DNA from: Macrostomum lignano | Taxonomy: Eukaryota | Direction: 5' to 3' | Length of the DNA stretch: 64,000 nt | NCBI GenBank assembly: GCA_002269645.1 | Contig: NIVC01002646.1 | Coordinates: 1 to 64,000, forward strand | In this document: positions 1 to 12,637 of the stretch, one piece after another | Layout of the letters: every line of letters starts with the position of its first letter | How positions within the stretch are numbered: position 1 is the stretch's first letter | Notes under the pieces: generated by a model | What the model saw: only the letters and a program-made list of their open reading frames with translations | Told to the model about the DNA's origin: nothing | The model's database searches: none | Position numbers and translations under genes: made by a program

Positions 1-451
1 CTAAGTGAGTTTTGAGAAAGCGTCTTACGAGCAAACTTACGCTACACGTAAATTTCTTTCTTACGATCTAACTTACCATAGAACTTACGTGAGTTTCGAG
101 AAACACCCCCCAGACCGAAATTTTTATGAAATGCTACCTAAGACTGGCAAGCAAGCAAAGTTCTTACGAAATTTCTGCCGCTCTAGTCTCCCTGGCTTAT
201 TTTTTCTGGAATGATTTTTGTGGAATTTTCTGGTCATTGTTAAAACCCTAATTTATCGCTATGCAGAAATGCATTATACAGAAATCCATTTAAAAGAAAC
301 GACTGTCTTTGTCGGGGGTCGGTGCTGGTTTGAGGTGGTAGGCCTCACCCACCCACTGTGTTCTAAGGGCTACCTTGTGAACCGCTGGTGCCTATTTCGC
401 TGCGGTTGATTAAATTCTTAATAATATATAATTTATAAAATAATAATATAA

Positions 452-873
452 TGTAACGATATATACAGATTTTTTTCGGCAGCTAATTGCTGCCGTTAAA
501 GAATCTGTCTATGTCGTTATTGTGCTTTTTTGAATGAAACTGATTATTAACGATAGATTTTATACCTTTCGGTAGTATATTCAGCGATGCAGGATGTTAT
601 TACAACTCTGGGATACATGTATTGTTATGTCTTCAGGTTACTTAAAGTCTTCAATATACTTAAGGCATTAATTATTAGTGCTGATATCCTAGCAGACGTT
701 TCCGCGGCTCCAAGGTTCTTAGTCTTGCTCTTATTTCTCTTTATTCCACATTCTCACAGCGGGATTTTAACCCAAGCCTGTTTTGCAGCTTCATTTAGTC
801 CATAGATAAAACAAAACGCGTCAAACTGCATATGCAATTAAAATAATATCAATATTATAGTCGCGTCATATCA
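452..873 (-). mobile_element. Probable 3' LTR of a Gypsy-type retrotransposon
   Basis: On the minus strand the integrase stop is followed by a 13-nt polypurine tract (AAGGAAAGAGGGA, 886-874). A segment then starts TGATATGAC (873) and plausibly ends ATCGTTACA (452). No second LTR copy is in the window, so the distal end is tentative. Confidence 0.5.
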
Positions 874-885
874 TCCCTCTTTCCT

Positions 886-1460
886 TCAAGATGATTGGTA
901 CCTGTCCAATGCTCTCCGGATCCGCACTGGGTACCTGGACTCCGAAGGTTGAATTGAACTTGGTTCTTCATCGTCCTGGATAGGCTTGTGGGTTTCAGCC
1001 TCGGCTCTGTCTCTGACATGGTTCCGGTGCACCACCAGATCTCGTCCTCTATGGTCCTGTACTCGTCTCAGCTGTTCTCCAACCGCTTCTTGAAGTACTC
1101 CCTCCCTCCACTCCTTGTTGAAGGGATCTTGGACCCAAACAGGACTGTGAATTTGATCTGTTTTCTTGTGCTGGAACGACCGACGATGTAGCAGTGACAG
1201 TCTAGTATTAAACTGGCGCCCAAACATTTCTCGACACGGAGCGACACCGTTGGCTCTTGGGCAGACTCGAATGGCGTACAAAGTTTGTTGCATTCGAACT
1301 TCCGGGTCTGGATCGTTTAGCTGTTTTAGCTTGGTCTTCAGCCTTTTCACTGCTACCTCGACTACTCCATTCGAAGCGGGAAGGTATCTGGGTGACTTGA
1401 GGTGTAGCACTCCCATTCGCTTCAACCAGGCTTCTGTTGAAGCTTGGAAACAGAAGCATT
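886..1460 (-). mobile_element. Ty3/Gypsy integrase C-terminal fragment
   Basis: ORF reads AWLKRMGVLHLKSPRYLPASNGVVEVAVKRLK..PCREMFGRQFNTRLSLL..HRNHVR..RYPVRIRRALDRY. This matches the rve core end and the typical Gypsy integrase tail. The upstream pol is missing. Confidence 0.85.
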
Positions 1461-3899
1461 CAGTGTGATGTCATTCTCTTGCAGCCTTTCTTACAGAGGG
1501 GGTTGTGAGGGTTTGACTCTGACTATATATGAAAGTGTGTTTGGCAATCAGATCTCACTTCTGTTTTTCCGTCCCCGGTTTTGATTTTTGTCCCGGCTTT
1601 CCGGCCGCTTGCCATTGTTTTGGTTCGCGCTTTGAGGCGCTTGAGTTCATCACCCCCGGTCCATATTTTTGTCCCCTGCCCGACTGCTTCAGTCTTGTAG
1701 CGTAACGTATGCGGCAGATTCCTGTCTGAAGTCGTCGCTATCAAGCGCGGTTAGATAGAGACTGTCGGATTTGACCAAGTACGTGGCCTCGACCCAGAGG
1801 GCCTCGATCAGTGTCACACTGAAGGGCAGTGCTGATAGAATTTAGTCAGTGCTCCGTTGAACGGTCAATTCGGCAGGGCTCTCGTTTGAGTGTAGGTTCT
1901 GGTTTAGGCCAGGGGTTAGGAGTCTTCTCCGTTGGTCGTGTTCGGTTTTTCTTCTTCAAGCTGAGATCTGCTTGCCATTGCGTAACTAAGTTATTATTAA
2001 TCGTTTGTCTCGATATCATTTTCCGCTATTATCAGTTCGAAATTATCTGCGCCGCGAATTGCATTGAAGCTTGTAACTTGAAGTAATCAAATTAAATCGT
2101 CTAGCCAATTATCAGTCTGTATCATATAGGATTATCACTCTCTAAATCTATTCGGTTCGTGTTCATCTGCATTCTTCCTTTTCTTGTACCGTACTGTGAC
2201 TACACTCGCGTATCGTGTAATTTTTATTGGAGGCCTGGTCTTCACATACATGTAATTCTCGACTAGTTGCACGTAGAAAGCTAATTCTTTCGGCGTTAGG
2301 TCCAGAATTTTGTTTTTCGTTAAAATGTCAGTTATAAAATAGTAGACTACATTTATAAGCAGCGTACAGTTAAGTACAGTGAAAACAACCCAATTTCGTG
2401 CAATTTTGTGTAAAATACGCCAAATTTTCTTTAGAAATTTGTCAGTCTGTCACAATTCCTAGTCAATACTCAATAGCGAAAACGAGTTTTTAGTTAATTG
2501 TAAACTAATAATCTCATTAAGCAAGTGTAAAATAAAACAGTTTATGTATTATAGAAAATATCTCTGTCAAATGCCAAATCACTGTCGGCTTCTATTTTAA
2601 TGTCAATTTCTAGAGTGTAAAATTTGAGAAACCCAAAAAGGCAAAAAAGTGACTTGAGAAAAATTGGCACTATTTTCTTGACTTATATTAGAATATAATA
2701 GGAGAACACACCCAGTCAACTATAAACAAGCCAAGCTTTCATGATGGAAGTTTCCTAGACCATTTTTTCATATCAAATATGATGTTCTATATGTTATTTT
2801 TCAGAAATTAAAATTTAATTTTAGATGCAATGGTATTTGCAACCTAGAGCTATAATAACTATAAAAAAATTGCTTTGTAAACATGGTCTCTTGTTGACAA
2901 TTGTGATATAAAGAAACCATGTTTGTCAGCAAAAAAGAAAACAAGAAAACCAGTAGCTATTTCACAAATCCAAATTAAAAAAATGCATATTGTTATTGGC
3001 CATTAAGGGAACGTGATATAATTATTTTAATTAATAGGTGAAGTCAGCTTATCAAGTTTAGTAAGAAATGAAAACCTGAATGGTTTATTACAACACACAC
3101 AGTCCTGTGCTCTAGCTATTTGTAGCGGTCGAATCCTTGGCTTATGTACGTAGAACTTTATACGGCTTACGGGCCTCCAAAAAATTTCCACGAAAGCTGA
3201 GTGTCGCGTCCTATATATAACGTAACTTCAGTTGTCCTTGTTGTAACAGAGAAAAAAACTACTGCTTAGTAGTTTTTGTTGTTTTGTGTCGTTGTCATGT
3301 TTTGATTTTTTATAGCCAAATTCCTTTGTTAATTTTCCAGCAACAATCTAAAACAGCCAGCAAACAATTGAAATGTTTCCGACAGGCTTACAGCCGAAAA
3401 TCGTAGACAAAATGGTACAATTATTCTTATTATTGCTGAACACCGCTAACTCAGACAAATGTAGCTCTGACGGATGTGCTTCGCACCGTAAATGCGCTAC
3501 GTGAGAAACTACTAGTACTTGAATTTCAGCGCAAGTGAACAAAGCAGAACTTCTTTAGCGTCTGATAGCGTATTTTAAAAGAGTCGCTCCTGGTATTGGA
3601 CTCGATTTGTAGCTTGTCAGCCATGTCTCAGCTTCCCGAGGTAGCAAGTCGACAGGATATTGACAGAAAACTGGCAAATCACTCTGATTGCAGAAATAAA
3701 AGCTGGAGACGACAGAATCAGAAGCTACCATCAAAAAGGAAAGAACACCCAACTGATCCTCAGCCTTTGCGGCGACATCAGGTAGCAGGCAAACCTGTGC
3801 TCAGATAATGCGGATGCTGTGCTGCAAGAGCCCACTGTAGAGGTCGGCAAAGTGCAACGAATCTGCGGATTGCATCAAATAGCCGAAGCAGCAATTCGC

Positions 3900-5290
3900 A
3901 GGAGTTACCCAGTCAGGTGACATTAAGCAGAGTTGAAAATGAATGAGGTTGCTGTTGATTCGCTAGCGTGTGGAGACTGGATCTATGCGATTGTTATGTT
4001 TCTTCTGAAGTTGCTAGATGACGAAAGTCTAATAAGGAGTGGTCCAGATGTCCTGTTAGATGTCTCGGAGCTGCCTTACCACCTGCGCTACACAGTGCGG
4101 TGCGCATTGGCGAGCTGTTTGACCTCCGGTTCGACAGAGCTCGTGTCAAGAGGTTTGATCATGAGCGCAGATCTGATCGAAGACGGGTTGCCACGCACTT
4201 GATGGCGCAGATGCAACGGCCGTCTCTCCAAAGTGCTGACGCAGAGGGATAAAAGTGCAGAGGCTAGCCGGTCACTGCTTTGACTAAGTGCGGAATCTGT
4301 TTTAAATTCCCCATTCTTATTTAAAAATTTGCGGCTGTATTTAGGCATACCGGTAGATGCTTTGGAGCTCGTTGACTTCACGCCTGCGAGAAAGAAGTTC
4401 ATTCTGGATGACTTTGCTGAAGGTTTTCGCATAACGTTCAGTCGGCTTTGCTGAGGGCAGTTGAGGTCAGCAGCTACCAGCCGGCTTAAATGAACTATGA
4501 CGTGGTTGAGTTGCATATTTTAAAAGAAATTTAACTGGATTGCGGCCGGACGCACGGAAGGACGGAGTGACGGAGTGACGGACGGTTGGCGGCCGCGGAT
4601 GATCTGCGCTCGTGGAGACTTGCCACGAACGAGGACGGTCGTGTGCGCCCGATCCATGACTGTAGTTGCATTTAATCGATTGCGCATGGGTGAATTCAAG
4701 ATTGGAGAGCAAGGAGAATCTGCGGTTCTCGTGTGTCGAAAAATGTCGTGTCGTACGTGTGTCGTGTGTCGAAAGCTGACAAAAGGCTGCTTCGAGACCA
4801 AGGTTGACCTGAGCTAAGCATACGGCTCTTGTGGCGTGCATCCTGATTACTTTGTCAACACTGGCTGAAGTTCAAGTTTTGTGGTTCATTTAACGTGATA
4901 ATTAAATTCCCTATGGTGCGGCGGCTTCAGTCACTTGCTTTTATAATGCTGACTCATCTAATTTTGGCACGGATGTCATCTCTAGGCATTGAGTTCGACA
5001 TTGTGCAAGGAATCAAAGAGCTGCCCGGGGACAAAGCGAGGAAGCTAATTCAGCTGATTTTGGAGAAGCCGGTCAAGGTCAGTTTGAGTCAGTGGGTGCT
5101 CAAGCAGCTCATTGGTAAGCTTGAATGGGCGTTGCAAGTCATCACCTGCTGCAAAACCTTTCCTCATGAAGTAATTGAGCGATACGACACCTTACACAAT
5201 CGAATCTCAACAAAGCTCCCCGTGAGTTTTGAAATCTCAGCAGCTCTCACCGTGAGTCATAACAATTCCGCGTCAGAATGAAATGTTTGT
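3900..5290 (+). mobile_element. Degenerate DIRS-type (tyrosine recombinase) retrotransposon RT/RNase H remnant
   Basis: Fragments FILDDFAEGFRI, KGCFETKVDLS*AYGSCGVHPDY and SLGIEFDI..LPGDKARKL..LKQLIGKLEWALQV resemble DIRS RT motifs (AKVDIKSAY..PVHP; FLGIELD; LIGKL.FA). They are broken by stops and an insertion at about 4540-4780. Confidence 0.65.
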
Positions 5291-5790
5291 GACGGAATTG
5301 TACTCGTATGCCAGCTGGTTCTACATTGAAATTTAGCGCAATTAGCGGCTAGTTTTGAAATGCGCTAACTAATTAATATATTTATTATAAACTGCCGTTT
5401 CACACGGATTTATGTGTTTTTGCACATTTTTGACTCACAAGTTTTAAATAAATAAGCTAATAATGCTATTGCTAATAATTTGTTTTTATTAGCAATCCAT
5501 TGTCACAGACATCAGTGTCAAACTGAGACTTGACAAGGCAAGTGCAAGTTGATAAATGAAATTAAAGTAATTAACAACTTTTTGGCAATGAACTAGAAGA
5601 AAAAACTCTAAAGTAGTGACAAAAAACAGGATTAATTGCTGATTACGAAAAGCGAAAAATGATATTAAAATTTCGTTTCACATTTCTAAGAAAATCTGAA
5701 ACATTTACGTAATCGTTAACCTATTACTCAAACTAGGTTCTCATTTTCAGCCTTTGAACACAACTTTGTTATTTACCATATTTATATTTA

Positions 5791-8613
5791 CTATTTGCAT
5801 GACTTCACCTCTTTAACAAAAAGTGAAACAAAGACGGACTCACGTATCGGTTTTCCGAAAGCCTCGACCTCGCAGATCGTCAGCTGAGGCAGGCGACTTT
5901 TCACCATGATCTCCTGTCCGTATCCGACGCATGGCAGAGTCTTGTAGGCGAATTGCTCCGAATTCTTGTACCGATTGCACACCTTATTCTCATCGATGAT
6001 AATCACTTCGAAGTCGGTCAGTCTCTCCCTCAGAGTCGCGCGGTTGAAGATGCGGACGCGCTGAAACCGGACGAAATGCTCGGATTTCGCCTTCCACCAG
6101 GTGTTTTCGTTGCCCGTGTGAGCGCAGTTTAATAGACCCCCTGTATCTGTATCCAGTTTGCCATTATAAGCCTTGTTGCACAAGTGATTTGTGCCATCCC
6201 AGTTCGAGCCCTGGCTGCAGCTGACGAACTTGAGTTTTTCTGCATGGGTTGAGAGTGGCAGTTGAAATTTCAGATATTTTTTCTAGCGGCCGTTTTTTTC
6301 AGAAAAAAATTTCAGCAAATAATTTGACTCTTCCAGTTTGTTAGTTAAGATTCCCCAATATCGCAGCTTCTTAATAACTTTTTAATTCCAGGTGAAGCAA
6401 GTATGTCTTTTGTAAGTGCGTTCTTACGTTCGGTAAATTGTTTTTTTTCATGAAATACTACCTGATACCGGTGAGGATGCTAAGTTTTGGCAAAATTTCT
6501 GCTGCTTTTGCCTGTTTTGTGTACGCTCGCATTTCCAAGAAGAACTATTGTGGATTTCTCCGGTGACGGGAAGTCTTTGAGTGATTTTTAAGACTATTTG
6601 GTTCACCCGTAGAAGCCATCCTGCGCCTGTCACTCTGATTACAGTAGCGAACGGGATCACTCCTATAGCTTGAGGTAGCAATCTCGGACATGGTACTTCA
6701 ATACGCGTAGAATTCAAAAGTCAAGAATGTGATTTATTGTAAAGTTAGTGCTAAAGCATTAAAAACTGCCTAAGCCAGTTATGCATTTGCACCAAAAACC
6801 GGCCTCTAGTAGGCCTGGCACGATTTGCAACTTTGGCGTCCACCGTTTACTGTAGTTTTTTATGATGAGACTATGCATAGGAGTAAGCGAGCAGAAATCA
6901 ACAAATAGTAGGATGATATGATCTAAACCGCAACAACAACAAAAGCAACAACAACAACGACAACAACGGCAACAATAACAGCAGTAACAGCAACAGCAGC
7001 AACAACAACAATAACAGCAACGGCAGCAACAGCGACAACAGCAACAACAACAACAACAACAACAGCAACAATAACAACAATATCGGCAACGGCTACAACA
7101 ACGACAACAACGGCAACTACAACTTCCCGCAGCTTTTCCCGCAGCGAGGTTTCTCCGCTGAAGGTTTTCCCGCCGAGCTTTTCTCGCGGCCGCCGCCTGG
7201 ATGTCCAGGTTGCCGAACTCCAAGTTTCAAGAAATCAATCGTGCCCAAAGAGAAGCACTCCGTCTCATCTCTGCTCTCCCAAAGTTGGAGGTGGTTTATC
7301 GCGAGTCTCTATGTATACCAGCAGTCAGCGTCGAAGCCAAGCGGAAAGCCCTCATCGCGGTGGAGAAGGCCCTTAGAAAGCCAACTGGCGACCCATGGAG
7401 AGAGCTCTGCTAGCGCTGATCGGTACCGCAGCTCAAAGCCAACAAGGGCCCCCGAGAGCAAGCCCGCTCCGTGCTCAACCAACTCCTACCGATGCGACGC
7501 CTACAAAATGCCTAGGTCCGTCCCTCTCCGTGGGAGTTCCTGACTAACTCAGATTGCTTGCACCTCTTCCCGGAGCTTCTCCGATGCTACCTGAAAGAAG
7601 CGGCTGCGAGTGACCTGCTACTTCGCTACTTTAATGACATCGAGCAAGTTGTGGTTTTCTCTGGTATGACGGCAGCAGAAAGGTGGTGCAGCTCATTTGA
7701 GACTGAGCTCCGGGCTCTCAGCCTTGCTCTCGAGGACATCATCAACACGTGCCCACCCACCGCTGCCACTATCACTGACAGTCAGTCTGCTATTCGAGCA
7801 CTCCAGGCTGACCGACCCACGACCAAATTTCTCCTCGAGCAACTCAGGGACCTCGTTCGGCTCGTGGATAGGGAAGCCAAGAAAGACGCCGACCTGCCGC
7901 AACAACACGTTGCCGTTGACTGCCAGGAGATTTCTCCAGCGCTCCATAGCCTACAGGCCGCACCTCAAGGACGTCTATGCCAGTCCGATCACCTTCACCG
8001 GCGACACACGCCACCAGCAGGTTCTTATCGCCCCCCTATGCCTACTACAAGAAGCGCATCGGCCTTTCGGACTCTGAAATCTGCCGTCGCTGCGGAGGCG
8101 AGGTTCTATCTGGTAGTGCTGGTGGTGCGACTCCTCGGTGCCCTTAACTGGGTCTCAGCCTAAGGAGTCGCCATCCGAAGTCAACAACGGCAACCACAAC
8201 AACATTGACAACAACAACAACAATAAAGCCACGAGCGGCGCCACAGAGGGGAAGGTATCAGAGCGCAAGCCTTTGGGCCGCACTACTTAAAATTTCAGCT
8301 CCCAAGTCAGAGTCAGAACGGGGGCTTTTGCATTTCTGCGCGTCGTTCGCCCTTGGCTTCTCATTCAACCGACTAAAGACTTTTAAAGTCAAATTCAAGT
8401 AAAGGAAGCTTTACTTTTTTACTTATCGATATTTCTATTTCAGCTTAGCTTTACAACCTTTACTAATAAAAGAAAAGAGAGCATTGTGACTGACGTACTC
8501 TTGAAACGTAGCTGAGGTAATTCTATATTAAGATACTCACCAGCATAAGTTCGTTCATTACCGTAGACCGCAAGGGCCACAGCAACGAGAAGCGACCCAA
8601 GCAATTTCGTCAT
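5791..8613 (-). CDS. Secreted F-type lectin (fucolectin / FTP domain) protein, 2 or more exons
   Basis: Exon 1 8613-8541 encodes signal peptide MTKLLGSLLVAVALAVYGNERTYA with a GTGAGT donor (phase 1). Exon 2 starts at 6239 after CAG in matching phase: EKLKFVSCSQGSNW..NCAHT..TWW..VRIFNRATLRERL..LPQLTICEVEAFG. The 3' end is either the stop at 5791 or a further splice at the GTGAGT at 5843. Confidence 0.8.
6928..7122. repeat. (CAA/CAG)n microsatellite
   Basis: Imperfect trinucleotide run visible in the sequence; it explains the poly-Cys and poly-Leu ORFs. Confidence 0.95.
7190..8225 (+). mobile_element. RNase H-containing non-LTR retrotransposon 3' fragment with (CAA)n tail
   Basis: SSFETELRALSLAL..ITDSQSAIRAL is an RNase H motif. 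The 3' end CTCCTCGGTGCCCTTAACTGGGTCTCAGCCTAAGGAG..CAACAAC matches the copy at 52660-52730. It lies in the lectin intron. Confidence 0.75.
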
Positions 8614-9884
8614 TCGATTTACTAATTTAGAATAAGGAGTGGCTTCGAGATTTCTTCTTCTGAGTCAAAAAGCTTTTCCTAAAGATTTTGAAAAAACAAA
8701 GTTTCTAGAATTTTTTTTTAACTTTTTAGAAACGGAATTTTTATAGATACAGAGAAATTTAAGCAAGCATTTTGATCGAATATTTTCTAGTCAAATCGCT
8801 TAATAAAGTGACTTCTTGCTTCTTTCTTTCATTTTTTACTTCTCTTGAAATTCCTTTAAAAATTGCTGCGCAAATAATGATCCCGAATGCTCTCGATGCA
8901 AGGCTTTTCTTAGGCTGCTTCAATGAAAATATGTTGCAGAAGTTATTTTTCAATAATTTTGCTTAGCGTCCTCATCAGCGACTTTCGTTTAATGGCAAGG
9001 TATTGTCAAGACTTTCCACATATCTTTTTCTGACGGTTGCATCACAGTTTTTTCTTGATTTTTTTTCTGCTAGTGATTAAAAATGTTTGTAGAGGACGCG
9101 AACATTGGCCGACGATAATTGACAATTGAGAAATTTTTCTGCTTGATCATCTTAGTCATGCACTTACGTCTGTCCGACGTTACCGACCTCTATTGACGTC
9201 GATGACTAAAGTGTACTTTTACGTTACATCGACGGATAACGACGTTAGTCGTCGTCTTAACATCGGTGTAATGTAAAAGTACATATTTGTCATCGACGTT
9301 GGATTGCTGCACGGACGACAAGCAGATCATTGCAGAAAGATTCAAATGTCGATATTTTAGCGTGGCTTCTACGAATAATAATTCCCACCTCGAAAGCTTC
9401 TTTTAAAAATTGAAACGACAGATTCGGTCGAGTTTTTTAATTTCTAAGTTTTTAGAAGTTGGAAATGTAAACTCTTTTACTGGTACTATTAAGATTACTT
9501 TCAGACCGGTTGACCATGTCTAATGTAGTAAGCGACTGGATTATCTTTTAGGTGTCTACTCTAGTCAGCAGCCTCTCATGCCCTCGTTCTTGCCATGTCG
9601 CCTGCCGCTGGGCCTTTTCTGCCTGTCTGCCCGTCTGCCCTGCGTGGTGCTTGTATGCAGCCCCTGCCCGCCTCCCTTGCACTGCGCTGTCTGCCTCCTA
9701 CCTGCCTCACGGGCTCTTTGTTCTCTGCTTGCAGCCACTTTTGGTTCACCCTGTCTATCCGTCGCTGGCGGTTTTACTAGCGACTCATCCCTTGTCAACA
9801 ATTGACAAGTTGCTGTCAAAAAGCGCGCGCAAGCGCAGATTTGCGTAGAGCAGCGAGACCGCGAGTGTCAGAAATCTCAGCTTC

Positions 9885-10378
9885 TCTTAGAAGCAGGTCG
9901 AAAAAACGCTGACTTCTCGCTGAACCAAGCCGCCGCGGCACTTAAAGGGATAGCAGCAGTACATCCTGCAGCGGCTCAGAGCATGCAGTACTGCTCTGCT
10001 CGGATGACGTGGCCAACAAGCTGTAGGCGCCGGATGCGCAGCAGCTGGCTGCATGGGTCGGCAGAGCTGGGCCCGACGGAATAGCTCGTCATTGCTGGTG
10101 TTGGTGGTGGCGGTCGGCAATTAGTGGACACCGAAAGTGGCTCGCAGAAGTGCAGCCTGAGCGGCGTTGAGTTGCCGCGCTCCTGCGGGCCGGTCAGTGT
10201 CCACAATTCAGCATTGAAAAGAAGGACGCGGTTTCTATGACTGCCTGGAAAAGCCGCCCTCTCAGCCGATACGGCAGCCTGGGGCACTGCAGGACAGTCC
10301 GCACGGTGTGGAAGGCGCCCTAGGCAAGCGCCCTGCGCTGTGTCATGTCGTCTGTGATGCTTGGCCCTTGACAATTTG
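9885..10378 (-). mobile_element. RTE LINE 3' remnant
   Basis: VLLFNAELWTLTGPQE..SNDELFRRAQL..QLLRIRRLQLVGHVIRAEQYC. The same motifs occur in the other RTE copies in the window. Confidence 0.75.
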
Positions 10379-10394
10379 ATCTAGTCTGCAGTGC

Positions 10395-10560
10395 TGTAAA
10401 CATGTTGGCCCGTCGTGTTTATGGCAGAGCTCGCGTGCTTCTGCGCCTTTGCCTTTTTATGACAAGTAATTGACGTCAGTTGCTAGAAATAGGGACAATA
10501 GTCTATAAATACGGATCCCATTAGCATTGTTACTAGAGTCTGCTTTTAGGCTAACACCGT
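10395..10560 (+). promoter_or_regulatory. LTR-like segment with CRE and TATA box
   Basis: TGACGTCA at 10471-10478 and TATAAAT at 10504-10510, bounded by TGTAAACA..CTAACA. No downstream gene or partner LTR identified. Confidence 0.25.
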
Positions 10561-11264
10561 CCTCCCAACCACCCCCGCTGAGCCCGGCAGAATCTGCTGA
10601 CTAGGTCGTTGGGGTCACAAATCGTCACAGCGTGCAGAGTTCGCTCGTCTTGTTTATTTCTTCGTTCCAACGGGTCCCTCACTTCACCGAAGACTGAGGC
10701 CTGAAGGAGCTGGTGGCAGCACAACTATCGTACGCTACTATCGAAGGCTTTAGATTAAAGCCAACTCACCCAGCGGATGCAAGTTAGCTAGCGGACGACC
10801 AGAGGAACAACACTAAAGGTCCTCATAAAAGGACAATCACAGAGAGACAACCTGTGGAAAAATTTGGCTAACCATTTCCCAGTTCACTCATTTTATCTCC
10901 TAATCAATTCGGCCTTCGGTTCTGGTGGCACGCGTGTATACTCAGCAACATCGAAAAGTTGCCATCAAAGAAGATTCTGCCTGTGGTCGTCACTTTTCAG
11001 AGTGCAGGGAAAGTCTCTCAATCTTTTATGGGTCTTGCCGTTGATACTAATGCGCTAGGAAAGAGAAGAGATTTATGGAACGAATAAAATATTTTTTTAA
11101 TTCACTTAATTAGTAAGGCTTGACTTGTTTTTTTCCCAACAAAGTGGTAGGGGAATTGCTGTAGCTAAAATTCACACCATGATGACCACGTACTCTCAAG
11201 GCAACAGAGAGTGCACCTTGTGTGATCCTTGTACTTACATGTATATATGTAAATGTACTCATGT

Positions 11265-11607
11265 GCTTGCTATTGTATTTGGGTGGGATGCTTGCTATCT
11301 TGGGGGATGCTGCTATTTTTGGGGATGCTTGCTGTCTTGCGGATGCTTGCTGTTTTAGGGATGTTTTCTATTTAATGGGAACGTCTGTTATCTTTGTGAA
11401 TGCTTTATTTCGTTGTCTTTTTGTTACTTTTAGAAGAAAGAGATTCATAGCAAACATCTTTGTCGGTGAAAATTTTACTCATATAAAATGATTTATAAAA
11501 CTGAAGAAGGAATTGATTCTTAAGAAAATGTGCTTGTTAATGTATTTGCATGAATAATTTTTGCTCTTTGCTAATTGAGCACCCGAAGGGGGCACTAGAT
11601 TTCTAGT
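11265..11607 (+). mobile_element. Non-autonomous element with Helitron-like 3' end, copy 1
   Basis: Internal GGATGCTTGCTAT repeats. It ends GAGCACCCGAAGGGGGCACTAGATTTCTAG|T (GC hairpin then CTAG|T) and is homologous to 12330-12637. Confidence 0.45.
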
Positions 11608-12329
11608 TACACGACTAAATGTACAAATGAATCAAATTTGATGTAAAAATTGTGTGATAAAATGTTGGTCTTATTTTAAGCCGAATGTGTTTATCATAAA
11701 AGATTTGTCTCAAATCGCAGAAAAATTCATAGCCTATTAAGCTTCATTGGCTTTAGTCTTAACCATCGTCATTTATTTATTAAGAAACTATTTATTACTC
11801 TGAAATCTACCACAAATAGAATTTGTGTAGCATTTGAATACAAAAAAACAAATTTTAAATTTACGAGCTCCAAATGCAGATCGAAACGGATGCTGACGCA
11901 ATAGCTAAAAATGAAAATGTTTGCTTGGCAAGGCTCGGTTTGCTCACAATATTGCAATATTTTAGTTGCAGCGGTAAGAACAGAGTTTGTTACTGCATTA
12001 GCTTGTGTAAATACAATTATTTGTTGTGCATACCAATGCCACATGCACCATAGCTGTATGAGATGCACAATATGTCTTTACCGTATGAAAGGGCATTGCG
12101 AAGGGCCAGCATTTTCTGGACCCACTGAGAGATCGATTTTTTGACTTGATGAGTAATTAAGGACTATTGCACTAGATGAGAAAAAATTATTTCACTAGCT
12201 GAGAAGCAGATTATTGCGCTGTCTAAAAAAGAGTTTCTGCGCTATAGCTGAGACGTGGATTTTTGCACAACGTGAGAAAGCGATTATTGCATTAGTGAAG
12301 GTAACGCTTGCACTAGCTACTTGCTGTCT

Positions 12330-12637
12330 GGTTGATGCTTGCTCTCGAGGGGGGCGGGTAATTGCTATTTGGGAGAGGGGAGGTACTGGCTACATTTATG
12401 GGATTCTTTCTATACAGGGATGCTTGCTATCTGGGTAGATGCTTCTACAATATCTGGGGGATGCTTGCTATTTGCAGGATGCTTGCTATCTGGGTGGATG
12501 CTTTTATCTGGGGGATGCTTTGGAACCAAGAAGGAATTGCTTCTTAAGAAAATGTGCTTTTTTAATTGTTTTTCATGAACTATTTATGCTCCTTGTTTAT
12601 TGAGCGCCCCGAAGGGGGCCGCACTAGATTGCTAGTC
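12330..12637 (+). mobile_element. Non-autonomous element with Helitron-like 3' end, copy 2
   Basis: Same internal repeats and ending GAGCGCCCCGAAGGGGGCCGCACTAGATTGCTAG|T. Confidence 0.45.

Noticed and set aside
1-230. CTTACG-rich repeats as a regulatory array
   Set aside because: Probably subterminal repeats of a DNA transposon cut by the window edge; cannot be classified.
6759-7223. Poly-Cys metallothionein-like ORF
   Set aside because: It is the antisense translation of a (CAA/CAG)n microsatellite.
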